64,000 bases of DNA from Myxococcota bacterium (GCA_965223415.1 OZ245002.1:4256001-4320000); one strand, 5' to 3'. Shown: positions 35,631-46,973, numbered from the stretch's first letter. Numbers and translations: made by a program. Notes: a model not told the origin generated them from the sequence alone.

Positions 35631-36674
35631 GTGGAGCCCCGGCCTCTCGGCGTGATCGCGAACCCGATGTCCGGACGGGACGTGCGGCGCCTGGTGGGCC
35701 GCGCCCAGACCCACACGCCGGACGCCAAGCGCAACCAGCTCCAGCGCGCGGTGGTGGGGGCGGTGGCGGGCGGCGTGACCCGGGTGCTCCTCGTGCGCGA
35801 TCTCTTCCGCGTCTCCGAGCGCGCGGTCGACCTGCTGCGCATCGGCGCCGAGATGGAGTTCCTCGACATCGGCAAGCTCGACACGAAGCCCAGCGACACG
35901 CTTCGCGCCGTCGAGGCGATGCGCAAGGCGGGCTGCGGGGCGCTGCTGGTGCTGGGGGGCGACGGCACCCAGCGCCTGGTGGCGAAGGCCTGGCCCGACG
36001 CGCCACTGCTCCCGCTCTCGACCGGGACCAACAACGTCTTCCCGGAGACCGTGGAGGCGACCACCGCCGGCGCGGCCGCCGGCCTCGTCGCCAGCGGCCG
36101 CCTGCCGGTGGCGGAGGTGGCGACTCGCGCCAAGCTCCTCCGCGCCCGGTACGCCGACGGCGCCGAGAGCCTCGGGGTGATCGACGGCGTGCTCGTGGCG
36201 GACGACCACCCGGGCAGCTTCATGCCCTTCGACCCGGAGAAGATCCGCCAGGTCGTGCTCTCCCGCGCCGAGCCCGGAGCCGTCGGCATGTCGCCCATCG
36301 GCGGCTTGCTCGAGCCGGCGAGCGCCGCCGACGACTTCGGTGTGGCGGTCGAGTGCACCGCCCGCGGCGAGGGCCGTCCGCTGCTCGTTCCCGTCTCGCC
36401 GGGCCTCTACCGCACCGCCTGGGTACGGAGCGCGCGGCGCATCGCCCTGGGCGAAGAGGTCGTGCTGCGCGGGCCCGGCGTGGTCGAGTTCGACGGCGAT
36501 CGCGAGCGGCTGCTCGCGCCCGACGAGCCCATGCACCTGCGTGTCGTGCGCGAGGGGCCCTGGGTGATCGACACCGCCCGGGCCTTGCGCCTCGCCGCCG
36601 AGCGCGGCCTCTATCTCGACCGCCCCCACTGGCACGACGAGAGCGATAGCGGCACCGGCCCCGGCTGCTGCTGA
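35631..36674 (+). CDS. ATP-NAD kinase-like / AcoX-like protein
   Basis: IANPMSGRDVRRL, LGGDGT, STGTNNVFP and DGDRE. Confidence 0.85.
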   Translation: MEPRPLGVIANPMSGRDVRRLVGRAQTHTPDAKRNQLQRAVVGAVAGGVTRVLLVRDLFRVSERAVDLLRIGAEMEFLDIGKLDTKPSDTLRAVEAMRKAGCGALLVLGGDGTQRLVAKAWPDAPLLPLSTGTNNVFPETVEATTAGAAAGLVASGRLPVAEVATRAKLLRARYADGAESLGVIDGVLVADDHPGSFMPFDPEKIRQVVLSRAEPGAVGMSPIGGLLEPASAADDFGVAVECTARGEGRPLLVPVSPGLYRTAWVRSARRIALGEEVVLRGPGVVEFDGDRERLLAPDEPMHLRVVREGPWVIDTARALRLAAERGLYLDRPHWHDESDSGTGPGCC

Positions 36675-36683
36675 GCCGCCGGT

Positions 36684-37610
36684 GTGCGCATCGGCCTCTA
36701 CCTGGCGGGCACCGGCGAGCTCCCCCTGGCGGCGCTCGAAGCCCGGGCCCGGGAAGCCGACGCCGCCGGCTTCGACACCCTGTGGATCGGCCAGACCTTC
36801 GACCACGACGCCCTCGGCCTGGCCGGGCTACTGGGTCGAGCGACCCGGCGCATCGCCCTCGGCACCTGGGTGGTGCCCAGCCCCCTCCGGCATCCGATGG
36901 CGCTCGCCCAGGCCGCGCTGACGGCCCAGGCGGCCTGCGGCGGGCGCCTGCGCCTGGCGATCGGCGTGAGCCATGCGGCCGTGCTCGAAAGGCGGCTCGG
37001 CATCGACTTCCCTAGCCCTGTCGCACACATGCGGGCGACCCTCGAAGTGCTGGATCCACTTCTGCAGGGTGTCCCGGTCGAGCGCGACGGGCCGGTCTGG
37101 CGCGCGCGCGGGAGCCTGCAGGTTCCCGGGGCGCCGCCGCCGGAGCTGCTGCTCGCGGCGCTCCAGCCGCGCATGCTCGCCCTGGCCGGTGAGGCCAGCG
37201 ACGGCGCCGCGATCTGGCTCGGGGGGGCTCGCCATCTGCGCGAGAGTGCCATCCCGCTCCTCCGCGCCGCCGCCGCCCGCGCCGGGCGCGGCACGCCGCG
37301 GGTGGTGTGCGGCCTCCCCATCGCCCTTACCGGAGATCGGGAGGCGGCCCGCGCCGGTGTCGCCCGGTGGGTCGGCCCGAGCGCCCGGCTCCCCTCCTAC
37401 CGGGCCGTGCTGCGCGCGAGCGGTGCCTCCGGCCCCGAGGACGTCGCCCTGATCGGCGGAGCCGGCGAGCTCGCCGATCGCCTCGGCGAGCTCAGGGCCC
37501 TGGGCGTGACCGACTTCAACGCCCTGGCGGTCCCCGTGCACGGCGAGGTCGACGCCACGCTCGCCTTCCTGGCTGGACTATCCTCGTCCCCCCACAGGAG
37601 GAAGCCATGA
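36684..37610 (+). CDS. LLM class (probably F420-dependent) oxidoreductase
   Basis: GFDTLW, RHPMALAQ, GRLRLAIGVSH and LAALQPRML. Confidence 0.85.
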   Translation: MRIGLYLAGTGELPLAALEARAREADAAGFDTLWIGQTFDHDALGLAGLLGRATRRIALGTWVVPSPLRHPMALAQAALTAQAACGGRLRLAIGVSHAAVLERRLGIDFPSPVAHMRATLEVLDPLLQGVPVERDGPVWRARGSLQVPGAPPPELLLAALQPRMLALAGEASDGAAIWLGGARHLRESAIPLLRAAAARAGRGTPRVVCGLPIALTGDREAARAGVARWVGPSARLPSYRAVLRASGASGPEDVALIGGAGELADRLGELRALGVTDFNALAVPVHGEVDATLAFLAGLSSSPHRRKP

Positions 37611-38461
37611 AGCTCGGTCTCATGTTCGCCAACGTCGGTCCCTTCGGGCAGCCGGAGATGTTGACCCACCTGGCCCAGACCGCGGAAGAGGTCGGCATCG
37701 AGTCGCTCTGGACCGTCGAGCACGTGGTCGTGCCCAGGGGCTACCAGGCCGAGTATCCGTACTCGCAGGACGGCAAGATGCCGGGGCCCGAGGAGTCGCC
37801 GATTCCGGACCCCTTCGTCTGGCTCACCTACGCCGCCGCGGTGACCGAGAAGATCCGGCTCGGTACGGGCGTGCTGATCCTCCCCCAGCGTCACCCGTTC
37901 TACGTCGCGAAAGAGGTTGCGACCCTCGACCAGCTCTCCCAGGGCCGGGCGCTGCTCGGCGTGGGCATCGGCTGGCTCCAGGAGGAGTTCGACGCCCTCG
38001 GCATTCCCTTCGACGAGCGCGTCGACCGCACCGAGGAGGCGGTCCACGCGCTGCGCACGCTCTGGTCCGACGGGCCGTCGGAGTTCGCCGGCGCGCACTA
38101 CCGCTGGGCCCCCGTCGAGTCGAACCCGAAGCCCGTGCAGCGGCCGGGCGTGCCGGTGATCGTCGGTGGCCACGTGAAGGGCGCTGCGCGCCGGGCCGCC
38201 CGGCTTGGCGACGGCTTCTTCCCGGCGCAGGGGGACAACCTGCCGGCGCTGCTCGAAGCCCTGCGCGACGAGTGCGATCGGATCGGACGTGATCCCGGCG
38301 AGATCGAGATCTCCGCCGGTGGTGCGCCGACCCTCGACGCGGTGAAGGAGATGCAGGATCTCGGCGTGTCGCGGTACGTGCTGCCGCCGCCGGGATTCGA
38401 CGCCGAGGCCATCACCCGCGGGCTCCAGCACTACGCCGACCAGATCCTCGCCAAGCTCTGA
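37607..38461 (+). CDS. LLM class F420-dependent oxidoreductase
   Basis: LWTVEHVV, YPYS, LGTGVLILPQRHP and GVGIGWLQEEF. Confidence 0.9.
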   Translation: MKLGLMFANVGPFGQPEMLTHLAQTAEEVGIESLWTVEHVVVPRGYQAEYPYSQDGKMPGPEESPIPDPFVWLTYAAAVTEKIRLGTGVLILPQRHPFYVAKEVATLDQLSQGRALLGVGIGWLQEEFDALGIPFDERVDRTEEAVHALRTLWSDGPSEFAGAHYRWAPVESNPKPVQRPGVPVIVGGHVKGAARRAARLGDGFFPAQGDNLPALLEALRDECDRIGRDPGEIEISAGGAPTLDAVKEMQDLGVSRYVLPPPGFDAEAITRGLQHYADQILAKL

Positions 38462-39261
38462 TGAACCGGCTCCAGGGCAAGGTGGCGATCGTCACCGGGG
38501 CCGCCCGCGGCACCGGCGCCGAAACGGCCCGCTTGTTCGCCGAGCAGGGTGCCCGGGTGCTCCTGGCCGACGTCAACGACGAGGCCGGCCGCGCGGTGGC
38601 CGCGGAGCTGGGCGACGCCGGACGCTACCAGCACCTGGACGTCACGTCGGCGGAGGGCTGGGCCCTCGCGGTCGACGCGGCCGCGGCCTGGGGCGGCCTC
38701 CACGTCCTCGTGAACAACGCGGCCATCCTCGAGGTGGCGACCCTGGAGGACACCTCGCCGGAGGCGGCGCGGGCGGTCGTCGACGTCAACCTGATCGGCC
38801 CCCTGCTGGGCATCCGCGCCGCCATTCCCGAGCTGCGTCGGGCCGGCGGGGGCTCGATCGTGAACGTGGCGTCGATCGACGCCCTGGAGGGGGAGGTCGG
38901 GGTCGCCGCCTACGGCGCCAGCAAGTGGGGGCTTCGCGGTCTCACGAAGTGCGCGGCCCTCGAGCTCGGGGTGCACGGCATTCGCGTCAACACCGTCTGC
39001 CCGGCGGGAGGCAGCCGCGAGATGGCCGCCCCCTTCGTAGAGGCAGTGCAGGCGGCGCTCCGGGACGGCCAGCGCATCGACTTCAGCGGGACACCCCGCC
39101 AGCCCATGGGCCGGGGCTCGACGCTGCGCGAGATCGCCAACATGATCCTGTTCCTGGCCTCGGACGAGAGCTCCTTCTGCTCCGGCGGCGACTACGCCGT
39201 GGACGGGGCCTTCACCGCGGGCCACATCATCCCCGGCGCCCCGGGCACCTGGGAGGGCTGA
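38461..39261 (+). CDS. SDR family oxidoreductase (hydroxysteroid dehydrogenase-like)
   Basis: TGAARGTG, NNAA and YGASKWG. Confidence 0.9.
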   Translation: MNRLQGKVAIVTGAARGTGAETARLFAEQGARVLLADVNDEAGRAVAAELGDAGRYQHLDVTSAEGWALAVDAAAAWGGLHVLVNNAAILEVATLEDTSPEAARAVVDVNLIGPLLGIRAAIPELRRAGGGSIVNVASIDALEGEVGVAAYGASKWGLRGLTKCAALELGVHGIRVNTVCPAGGSREMAAPFVEAVQAALRDGQRIDFSGTPRQPMGRGSTLREIANMILFLASDESSFCSGGDYAVDGAFTAGHIIPGAPGTWEG

Positions 39262-39406
39262 CGGGCTTTCGATGTGAATGCACGGCTTCCAACCTGTAAG
39301 GGGGTGGAAGGCCCACAGCGGATGCGTGAGGCCGCAACGCGGTCCCCGCGCATCGTTGCGTGCAGGAGACCTGCTGGCTTTCCCGGAGTTTCCCCCTCCG
39401 CCGAAG

Positions 39407-39422
39407 CGGCACGACTCTTGCT
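39407..39422 (+). promoter_or_regulatory. Sigma54 (-24/-12) promoter of the chemotaxis cluster
   Basis: CGGCACGACTCTTGCT has GG-N10-GC spacing and ends about 40 nt before the MCP start. Confidence 0.72.
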
Positions 39423-39463
39423 CTCCCCGGTGCTCTGTTCGCGCACCGGCGGAGGGAATCGCG

Positions 39464-42034
39464 ATGTTCGGCACGAAGAAGATCCGCTTCAAGAGCCTGC
39501 AGACCGAGCTCCTGGCGTGGTTCCTGGTCCTGGGCGCGCTTCCTCTCGTGACGGTCGGCGTGATCGGTTACCAGCGCAGCGCGCAGGCTCAGCTCGACAG
39601 CCAGGGCGCCTTCTTGCAGAAGCAGGCCCAGGACGCCATCGACAAGATCGATCGCAACCTGTTCGAACGCTACGGCGACGTGCAGGCCTTCGCCTACAAC
39701 CCGAAGGCCCAGGGAGACCGCGAGGCGGTGACCGAGGCCGCGAACTTCTTCACGATCAACTACGGGATCTACGACCTGATGGTCATCGTGGACGCCGAGG
39801 GGAGCGTCGTCGGCGCCAACACCGTCGACTGGGAGGGCAATACACTCGATACGTCGGTCCTCGTCGGCAAATCCGCCGTCGGTCTGGACTGGTGGGACGC
39901 GATCGCTGCCGGAAAGGTGGGCAAAGGCGAGACCTTCTACACGGAGCTCGCGGAGCATGACTGGGTCGGTCGGGTCTACCGCAATCGCGGTCTGGGCCTG
40001 CTCTACGCGGCACCGATCTTCGACGAGGCGGGCACCGTTGCTGGGGCCTGGGCCAACTGGGCCTCCGCCGATCGGGTGGTCGCGGCGATCATGACCGAGA
40101 CCCGGGACAATCTGGCCAAGGTCGGCGTGACCACCGCGGAATCGCAGGTCCTCACGAAGAGCGGCCAGCTCGTGGATGCCCCGGACGTCGATTCGATCAT
40201 GAGCGACGTCAACCTGGTCGAGCTGGGCGTCGCCTCCGCGGAGAAGGCCGTCGGAGAGGAGACCGGCTACCTCCTCGAAGACCCCGAGCGCATCGGGAGC
40301 GAGGTGCTCACCGGCTACGCCCACTCCGAGGGGGCCCTCGGGTTCGCCGGATACGACTGGTCCGTGTTGATCCGCCAGGACGCTTCGGAGGCCGCCGCGG
40401 CAGCCACCGCTCTGCGCGACTTCACGATGATGCTCATCGCGGGGTCGCTCCTGGTGATCGGGTTGCTGGCGCTGCGCATTGCCCGCGGAATCGTCGGCCC
40501 CATCAATCACCTGAAGAACGGCACCGAAGCCGTGGCGTCCGGTGAGCTGGACGTCGAGCTCGACATCGACGTCGACAACGAGATCGGCGCCGTCGCCCGA
40601 TCGTTTCGTACCGCCGCCGCGGCAATGGCGGGTGCCCTCGGCTCAAGCTCCGTGGATTGGACGGAGATCGGCAAGAAGCAGCGGCAGGCGGCGAGGACCC
40701 ACTCGATGGTCCAGAACGTGCCGGTCAACATGGTTTTCGCCGATCAGGACTTCAACGTGCGCTACATGAACCCCGCTTCCTTCGAGTCGCTGAAGCAGGT
40801 TCGGGAACACCTGCCGGTGTCCGCCGACGAGATCATCGGAATCAACATCGACGTGTTCCACACCCAGCCTGAGAAGGTTCGCTCCATCCTCTCGGATCCC
40901 AATCGGCTTCCCCACTCGACCCAGATTCAGATCGGCCCGGAGATGGTGCAGCTCTCCGCATCGGCCATTCTCGACGATGACGGTGAGCTAGAGGGCTATC
41001 TGGCCTCGTGGTGGTTCATCACCGAGAAAGTGAAGAACGAGCGCGAGGTCCAGGAGGCCGCCGAGCGCGAGCAGCGGATGGCCGAGGACCTGCGGGCCCG
41101 GGTCGACAGGATGCTCCAGATCGTCAACGCCGCGAGCGCCGGCGATCTGACTCAGGACCTGAGCGTCGAGGGCGACGACGCGGTAGGGTGCATGGGCCAG
41201 GAGCTGGCGCGCTTCTTCGCCGACCTGCGCCAGAACATCGCCTCGATCGGCGAAAACGCCTCAGCCCTGGCCTCCGCCGCCGAGGAGCTCACGGCCACCA
41301 GCCAGGAGATGGGCGCCAACGCCGAACGGACCTCCCAGCAGGCCGGCGTGGTGTCCTCGGCGTCGGACCAGGTGAACGACAACGTGCAAGCCGTGGCGAC
41401 GAGTACGGAGCAGCTCTCGGCCAGCATTCGCGAGATCTCCCGCAATGCGTCGGAGGCGGCGCAGATCGCGACCCAGGCCGTCACCGTCGCGAGCAACACC
41501 AACGCATCTGTCGCGAAGCTGGGCGAAAGCAGTGTCGAGATCGGCAACGTCATCAAGGTGATCAACTCCATCGCGGAGCAGACCAACCTGCTGGCTCTGA
41601 ACGCCACCATCGAGGCCGCGCGGGCCGGCGAGGCGGGCAAGGGCTTCGCCGTCGTCGCCAACGAGGTGAAGGAGCTCGCCAAGCAGACCGCCGACGCGAC
41701 CGAGGACATCAGCCAGAAGATCGAAGCCATCCAGGGCGATACGGGCGAGGCCGTGCAGGCGATCGGGCAGATCAGCGACGTGATCAACCAGATCAACGAC
41801 ATCTCCAACACGATCGCCAGTGCCGTCGAGGAGCAGACCGCCACCACCGGTGAGATCACACGGAGCGTGCAGAACGCGGCGGAGAGCACCGAGGAGATCA
41901 GCCAGAACATCATGGAGGTCGCCCGGGGCGCCGACGGCACGAACGCGGGGGCAGGCGATACCCAGCGAGCGGCCCGGGAGTTGGCGAAGATGGCGGAGGA
42001 GCTGCAGACCCTGGTCGGGCGCTTCACGTACTAG
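39464..42034 (+). CDS. Methyl-accepting chemotaxis protein (Cache-HAMP-PAS-HAMP-MA)
   Basis: [17 protein letters not shown]ache domain, TM, HAMP, PAS (NIDVFH) and [30 protein letters not shown]. Confidence 0.95.
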   Translation: MFGTKKIRFKSLQTELLAWFLVLGALPLVTVGVIGYQRSAQAQLDSQGAFLQKQAQDAIDKIDRNLFERYGDVQAFAYNPKAQGDREAVTEAANFFTINYGIYDLMVIVDAEGSVVGANTVDWEGNTLDTSVLVGKSAVGLDWWDAIAAGKVGKGETFYTELAEHDWVGRVYRNRGLGLLYAAPIFDEAGTVAGAWANWASADRVVAAIMTETRDNLAKVGVTTAESQVLTKSGQLVDAPDVDSIMSDVNLVELGVASAEKAVGEETGYLLEDPERIGSEVLTGYAHSEGALGFAGYDWSVLIRQDASEAAAAATALRDFTMMLIAGSLLVIGLLALRIARGIVGPINHLKNGTEAVASGELDVELDIDVDNEIGAVARSFRTAAAAMAGALGSSSVDWTEIGKKQRQAARTHSMVQNVPVNMVFADQDFNVRYMNPASFESLKQVREHLPVSADEIIGINIDVFHTQPEKVRSILSDPNRLPHSTQIQIGPEMVQLSASAILDDDGELEGYLASWWFITEKVKNEREVQEAAEREQRMAEDLRARVDRMLQIVNAASAGDLTQDLSVEGDDAVGCMGQELARFFADLRQNIASIGENASALASAAEELTATSQEMGANAERTSQQAGVVSSASDQVNDNVQAVATSTEQLSASIREISRNASEAAQIATQAVTVASNTNASVAKLGESSVEIGNVIKVINSIAEQTNLLALNATIEAARAGEAGKGFAVVANEVKELAKQTADATEDISQKIEAIQGDTGEAVQAIGQISDVINQINDISNTIASAVEEQTATTGEITRSVQNAAESTEEISQNIMEVARGADGTNAGAGDTQRAARELAKMAEELQTLVGRFTY

Positions 42035-42062
42035 GGGCGCCTGGTCCTCCGAGAGGCATCCG

Positions 42063-44390
42063 ATGTCTGACATGGCTGACGACGAGCTGATCCAGGAATT
42101 CCTGGTCGAGAGCTACGAAAACCTGGACGAGCTGGACGAGCGCTTCGTCGAGCTGGAGTCGGATCCGGGCAACGTGGAGACGCTCTCGGCGATCTTTCGC
42201 ACGATTCACACGATCAAGGGAACGAGCGGTTTCCTCGGGCTCGGCAAGCTCGAGCGGGTGACTCACGTCGGAGAGAGCCTGCTGAGCCGCCTGCGCGACG
42301 GCGCGCTAGTTCTCAGCGAGGACACGATCACGGCGCTCCTCAGCCTGGTCGACGAAGTGCGCCGAATTCTCGGGCAGGTCGAGACCGATGGCCGGGAGGG
42401 TGACGAAGACCACGCGGAGCTGATCGCGCAGCTCGAGGCGCTGCTCAGCGGTGAAGCGCCGGCGGCTGCAGAGCCGATGCCGCGGCAGAACGTCGGCGAT
42501 ATCCTCGTGCAAACGACGGGCGCCACTCCCGAGGACGTGGCCCAGGCCGCCGCCGAGCAGAGCGAGGGGGATCCGCGCCACCTGGGGGAAATCCTCGTCG
42601 CGAAGGGCAAGATCGAGCCGGATCAGGTACGCGACGCCCTCGAGGCCCAACAGGTCCAGGCGCGCACCACCAGCGGCCACTCCTCAGCGACCGAGAAATC
42701 GATCCGTATCGATGTCGGACTCCTCGACCAACTAATGAACCTGGTCGGCGAGCTGGTGCTGGCCCGCAACCAGATCCTCGAATACTCGGAGTCGAAGCTG
42801 GACGGTGCGTTCCTGAACACGAGCCAGCGGCTCAACCTGGTCACGACCGAGCTGCAGGAAGCCGCCATGAAGACCCGCATGCAGCCGATCGGCAACGTCT
42901 GGTCGAAGTTTCCGCGGGTCGTTCGGGACCTCTCGAAGGGCTGCGGGAAGGCCGTCGGCCTCGAAATGTCCGGCAAGGAAACGGAGCTCGATCGGACGAT
43001 CCTGGAGGCGATCAAGGACCCGCTGACCCACCTGATCCGCAATGCCGTGGACCACGGAATCGAGAGCGCCGAGGAGCGCGCCGCCCGGGGCAAGCCTGAA
43101 GAGGGACAGATCGTACTGCGCGCCTACCACGAAGGCGGTCAGGTCAACATCGACATCGAGGACGACGGGGGGGGTATCGATCCCGACGTGATGCGGGAGA
43201 AGGGCGTTCGCAAGGGCGTTGTCCCGGCGGATCACGCCGCCGCCATGAGCGAGCGCGAGGCAGTCAACCTGCTCTTCCTTCCCGGCTTCTCGACCGCCGA
43301 GAAGGTGACCAACGTGTCTGGCCGCGGTGTGGGCATGGACGTGGTCAAGTCGAACATCGAGCGCATCGGCGGGGTCGTTGACGTCGTCAGCCGAGTCGGT
43401 GCTGGAACGACGTTCAAGCTCAAGATCCCGCTCACGCTGGCGATCATCCCAGCCCTCGTGGTGACCTCTCTCGGCCAGCGCTTCTGCATCCCCCAGGTGA
43501 GCCTCGTCGAGCTTGTTCGGCTCGAAGGGCGCGAGGCGGAGCTGGGTGTCGAGATGGTCCACGGTGCTCCGGTCCACCGCCTGCGCGGAGACCTGCTCCC
43601 GCTGGTCTACCTGAACGACGTGCTCGGCCTGCCGTCGTCGCGGGAGGGGTCCGACGAGGAGCACCAGGGGAAACTCAACATCGCCGTATTGCAGGCCGAG
43701 GGTGGTCGCTTCGGCCTCGTTCTCGACGCGGTCAACGACACCCAGGAGATCGTGGTCAAACCCATCGGGAGCCAGCTGAAGGAAGTTCGGGAGTTCGCCG
43801 GCGCGACGATCATGGGGGACGGGCGCGTGGCTCTCATCCTCGACGTGGTCGGATTGGCCGAGCGGGCCCAGATGGCCTCAACGGCCCAGGGAGCGCAGGC
43901 CTCCGACGCGGCGGGTTCCGACCACGCCGAGGAGGGCGGTGGGCGCTCGCGATCACTGCTTCTGTTCAAGGCCGGCGACGACACGCGCATGGCGATTCCG
44001 CTCTCGACGGTCGCCCGGCTCGAGAGCTTCCCGCTGCAGCGGGTCGAGGCTCTCGGCGGGCAGGCCGTGATCCAATACCGCGAGCAGATCCTGCCGCTGG
44101 TCCGCGTCGAGGACTTGGTGGCGGGTCGCGTGTTCTCGGGTGACCTCGGGCATGCGGAGCCTGGGGAGGGCGCAACGATCTCGGCTGTCGTCTACTCGGC
44201 GGAAGGTGGGAGCCTCGGCGTCGTCGTGGAGGACATCCTGGACATTGTGGAGGAGCAGCCCCCTGCCGGAGGCAGCGACACCGAGGGCGCCGAGGGCCTG
44301 GTGATTCACGGCCGCGTTACCGAGCTCATCGATCTGGCCGACTCGATCGGTCGCGTCCTCCCGCAACTCTCAGCGGCGATCGAGGCCTGA
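42063..44390 (+). CDS. cheA: Chemotaxis histidine kinase CheA with two CheW-like domains
   Basis: HTIKG (P1), HLIRNAVDHGIE, GFSTAEKVTNVSGRGVGMDVV and PLTLAII. Confidence 0.95.
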   Translation: MSDMADDELIQEFLVESYENLDELDERFVELESDPGNVETLSAIFRTIHTIKGTSGFLGLGKLERVTHVGESLLSRLRDGALVLSEDTITALLSLVDEVRRILGQVETDGREGDEDHAELIAQLEALLSGEAPAAAEPMPRQNVGDILVQTTGATPEDVAQAAAEQSEGDPRHLGEILVAKGKIEPDQVRDALEAQQVQARTTSGHSSATEKSIRIDVGLLDQLMNLVGELVLARNQILEYSESKLDGAFLNTSQRLNLVTTELQEAAMKTRMQPIGNVWSKFPRVVRDLSKGCGKAVGLEMSGKETELDRTILEAIKDPLTHLIRNAVDHGIESAEERAARGKPEEGQIVLRAYHEGGQVNIDIEDDGGGIDPDVMREKGVRKGVVPADHAAAMSEREAVNLLFLPGFSTAEKVTNVSGRGVGMDVVKSNIERIGGVVDVVSRVGAGTTFKLKIPLTLAIIPALVVTSLGQRFCIPQVSLVELVRLEGREAELGVEMVHGAPVHRLRGDLLPLVYLNDVLGLPSSREGSDEEHQGKLNIAVLQAEGGRFGLVLDAVNDTQEIVVKPIGSQLKEVREFAGATIMGDGRVALILDVVGLAERAQMASTAQGAQASDAAGSDHAEEGGGRSRSLLLFKAGDDTRMAIPLSTVARLESFPLQRVEALGGQAVIQYREQILPLVRVEDLVAGRVFSGDLGHAEPGEGATISAVVYSAEGGSLGVVVEDILDIVEEQPPAGGSDTEGAEGLVIHGRVTELIDLADSIGRVLPQLSAAIEA

Positions 44391-44393
44391 CCT

Positions 44394-44846
44394 GTGGAAC
44401 CGCGTCGCTACTGCACCTTCTACCTGGCGGATCTTCTCTTCGGCTTGCCAGTCGAACGCGTGCAGGAGGTGATCCGCGCCCAGCCGATGACGGCCGTACC
44501 GCTGGCGCCGACAGCAATTCGGGGCCTGATGAACCTTCGCGGCCAGATCATCACGGTGCTGGAGTTGCGCCGGCGCCTGGAGTTGCCTGATCGCGATCCC
44601 GACCGGGAGCCGACCAACGTCGTGGTCCAGGCCGAGGAGGGAGCGATCAGCCTGCTCGTCGATCGCATCAGTGACGTGCTGGAAGTGGGGGACGAGGCCT
44701 TTGAGCCGCCGCCCCAGAACTTGCACGGCGAAGCTCGAGAGCTGATCCGAGGTGCCTACAAGCTGGAAGGCCGGCTCCTTCTGGTGCTCGACATCGAGAA
44801 GACCCTCGAGATCGGCAGGCGGCGCGCGGGCTCCCGAGCAGCCTGA
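44394..44846 (+). CDS. cheW: Chemotaxis protein CheW
   Basis: VQEVI, GLMNLRGQI and LLVDRISDV. Confidence 0.93.
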   Translation: MEPRRYCTFYLADLLFGLPVERVQEVIRAQPMTAVPLAPTAIRGLMNLRGQIITVLELRRRLELPDRDPDREPTNVVVQAEEGAISLLVDRISDVLEVGDEAFEPPPQNLHGEARELIRGAYKLEGRLLLVLDIEKTLEIGRRRAGSRAA

Positions 44847-45994
44847 TGGTGCTTCCCCGGGGCGAGCGCCCCCACGCGCGTGTTCGCAGAAAGATCGGAG
44901 TCCTGGTTGTCGACGACTCGGTCGTCGTCCGGCGGATCCTTCGCAACGCCATCGAATCCGATCCCGAGTTCGAAGTGGTCGGGACCGCGGCCAACGGCCG
45001 GGTCGCCGTCGCCCTCGTCCAGAGCCTCCGTCCGGACGCCATCACCCTCGACGTGGAGATGCCGGTGATGGGCGGCATCGAAACGTTGAAGGAGCTGCGC
45101 AGGCGGAGGCTCTCACTTCCGGTCGTGATGTTCTCGACGCTCACAGAGGCGGGCGCTCGAACGACCATCGAGGCGCTCTCGCTGGGTGCCAGCGATTATG
45201 CTCCCAAGCCCTCCCAGACGGACCCGGAAGCCTCCGCCGAGGAAGTGCGAAGGACACTTCTGCCCAAGCTGAAGGCCCTCTGTCGGCAAGTGCCCCCGCC
45301 CTGTCGGCGGCGGGCGCCCGCGCCCTCGTCGCCGCCTCCCAGCGATCGCGGTCGTTCGCCCATCGCGAGGTCGCCCGCCCTGGAGCTGGTCGCGGTGGGG
45401 GCCTCGACGGGCGGGCCCAACGCGCTCGCTCACCTGCTGCCGGCACTACCCGACCGCTTCCCCGTCCCGGTCGTAGTCGTGCAGCACATGCCTCCGGTGT
45501 TCACCCGTCTCCTCGCGGAGCGCCTGGACAGCAGGACCGCGCTCCGCGTCGTGGAGGGCTCCGCGGGAGCGCTCCTCGAGCCGCGTACGGTGTACGTGGC
45601 ACCCGGCGGCTTCCACATGACCGTCGCGCGCAAGGGGCCGCGACTCGCACTGGCTCTCGACCGGAAGCCCCCCGAACATGGCTGTCGGCCCGCGGCCGAT
45701 CCCCTGTTCCGATCCGCTTCAGCGACGCTAGGCGCCGGCGCGCTCGGCGTGGTGCTCACCGGCATGGGGCGCGACGGCTGCGACGGAGCGAGGGCGCTGG
45801 TGGAGGCCGGCGCGAAGGTCGTCGCGCAGGACGCAGAGAGCTCCGTCGTGTGGGGGATGGCCGGGAGTGTCGTCGAGGGAGGGCTGGCGGAAGCGGTCCT
45901 GCCGCTGTCCGAGCTGGCCGGCGAGATCGTCCGTCGCGTGGAGGCCGGCCGGCCCCAGCACCCTCGGGTGCGCCCGGAGGCAAAGGCGGGATGA
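44846..45994 (+). CDS. cheB: Chemotaxis methylesterase CheB
   Basis: Receiver domain followed by GASTGG, QHMP and LTGMGRDG. Confidence 0.95.
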   Translation: MVLPRGERPHARVRRKIGVLVVDDSVVVRRILRNAIESDPEFEVVGTAANGRVAVALVQSLRPDAITLDVEMPVMGGIETLKELRRRRLSLPVVMFSTLTEAGARTTIEALSLGASDYAPKPSQTDPEASAEEVRRTLLPKLKALCRQVPPPCRRRAPAPSSPPPSDRGRSPIARSPALELVAVGASTGGPNALAHLLPALPDRFPVPVVVVQHMPPVFTRLLAERLDSRTALRVVEGSAGALLEPRTVYVAPGGFHMTVARKGPRLALALDRKPPEHGCRPAADPLFRSASATLGAGALGVVLTGMGRDGCDGARALVEAGAKVVAQDAESSVVWGMAGSVVEGGLAEAVLPLSELAGEIVRRVEAGRPQHPRVRPEAKAG

Positions 45995-46818
45995 AGTCGG
46001 ACGAATTTCGTTTCCTCTCCGAGCTCGTCCATGATTTCTCCGGCATCGTTCTCGACGAAGGGAAGCGCTACCTGGTGGAGTCGCGCCTCGCTCCTTGCCT
46101 CCCGGAGCACGGAATTCGCAGCTTCGGAGAGCTCGTCGCCCGGCTCCAGGAGCCGGGCCGACAACTCCTCGCAGAGCTGGTGGTGGACGCGATGACTACC
46201 AACGAGACGCTCTTCTTCCGAGATCCCGCAATGTTCGACGCGCTCCGGAACCAGGTGCTGCCTCGTCTCGTCGTGGCCCGGGACTCGGCGAAACAGCTTC
46301 GGCTCTGGTGCGGAGCGTCGGCGACAGGTCAGGAGCCCTACAGCATTGCGGTCACGATCCGGGAGGCGTTTCCCGAGCTTGCGTCCTGGGACGTGACGCT
46401 CCTGGCGACGGACCTCTCCCGCAGCGCGCTCGCTCGAGCCGAGGAAGGGGTCTACTCCGATCTCGAGGTCCGGCGGGGCCTCGATGAGGAGCTGCGCGAC
46501 AGGTACTTCATCGCCAGGGACGGACGATGGGTCGCTCGCCAGGAGATCCGGCGTCTGGTGACCTTCCGCAACCTGAATCTCGTGCACCCGTGGCCGAACC
46601 TCGGCGACTTCGACGTCGTCTTCCTCCGCAACGTCCTGATCTACTTCGACGCCGAGACGAAGAAGGGCGTCATGCAGCGCGTGCGCAAGGTCGTGCGGCC
46701 GGACGGATATCTGTTCCTGGCCGCGACCGAGAACCCACCTGGCGCCCAGTGCGACTGGGTGCGAGAGCCGTGGCGCGGTGCGGGCTGTCTCTCTCCTCGA
46801 ACTCGCGGGGACAGGTAG
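45991..46818 (+). CDS. cheR: Chemotaxis methyltransferase CheR
   Basis: TTNETLFFRD, TGQEPYS and FLRNVLIYF. Confidence 0.95.
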   Translation: MKSDEFRFLSELVHDFSGIVLDEGKRYLVESRLAPCLPEHGIRSFGELVARLQEPGRQLLAELVVDAMTTNETLFFRDPAMFDALRNQVLPRLVVARDSAKQLRLWCGASATGQEPYSIAVTIREAFPELASWDVTLLATDLSRSALARAEEGVYSDLEVRRGLDEELRDRYFIARDGRWVARQEIRRLVTFRNLNLVHPWPNLGDFDVVFLRNVLIYFDAETKKGVMQRVRKVVRPDGYLFLAATENPPGAQCDWVREPWRGAGCLSPRTRGDR

Positions 46819-46973
46819 CTCGGGTGAAGGACTGGGGCGGCATGGGGGAGAGCCCCGGGGAACCCGTTTCGCGCAGGCGAGACCGACGGCGAACCAGCCG
46901 ATTCGCGTTCACGTTCACGCTTCGAGGGGCCGAAGACGGTGTTGACCGCTGCGACCTGGAGAGGAGAGAACGC

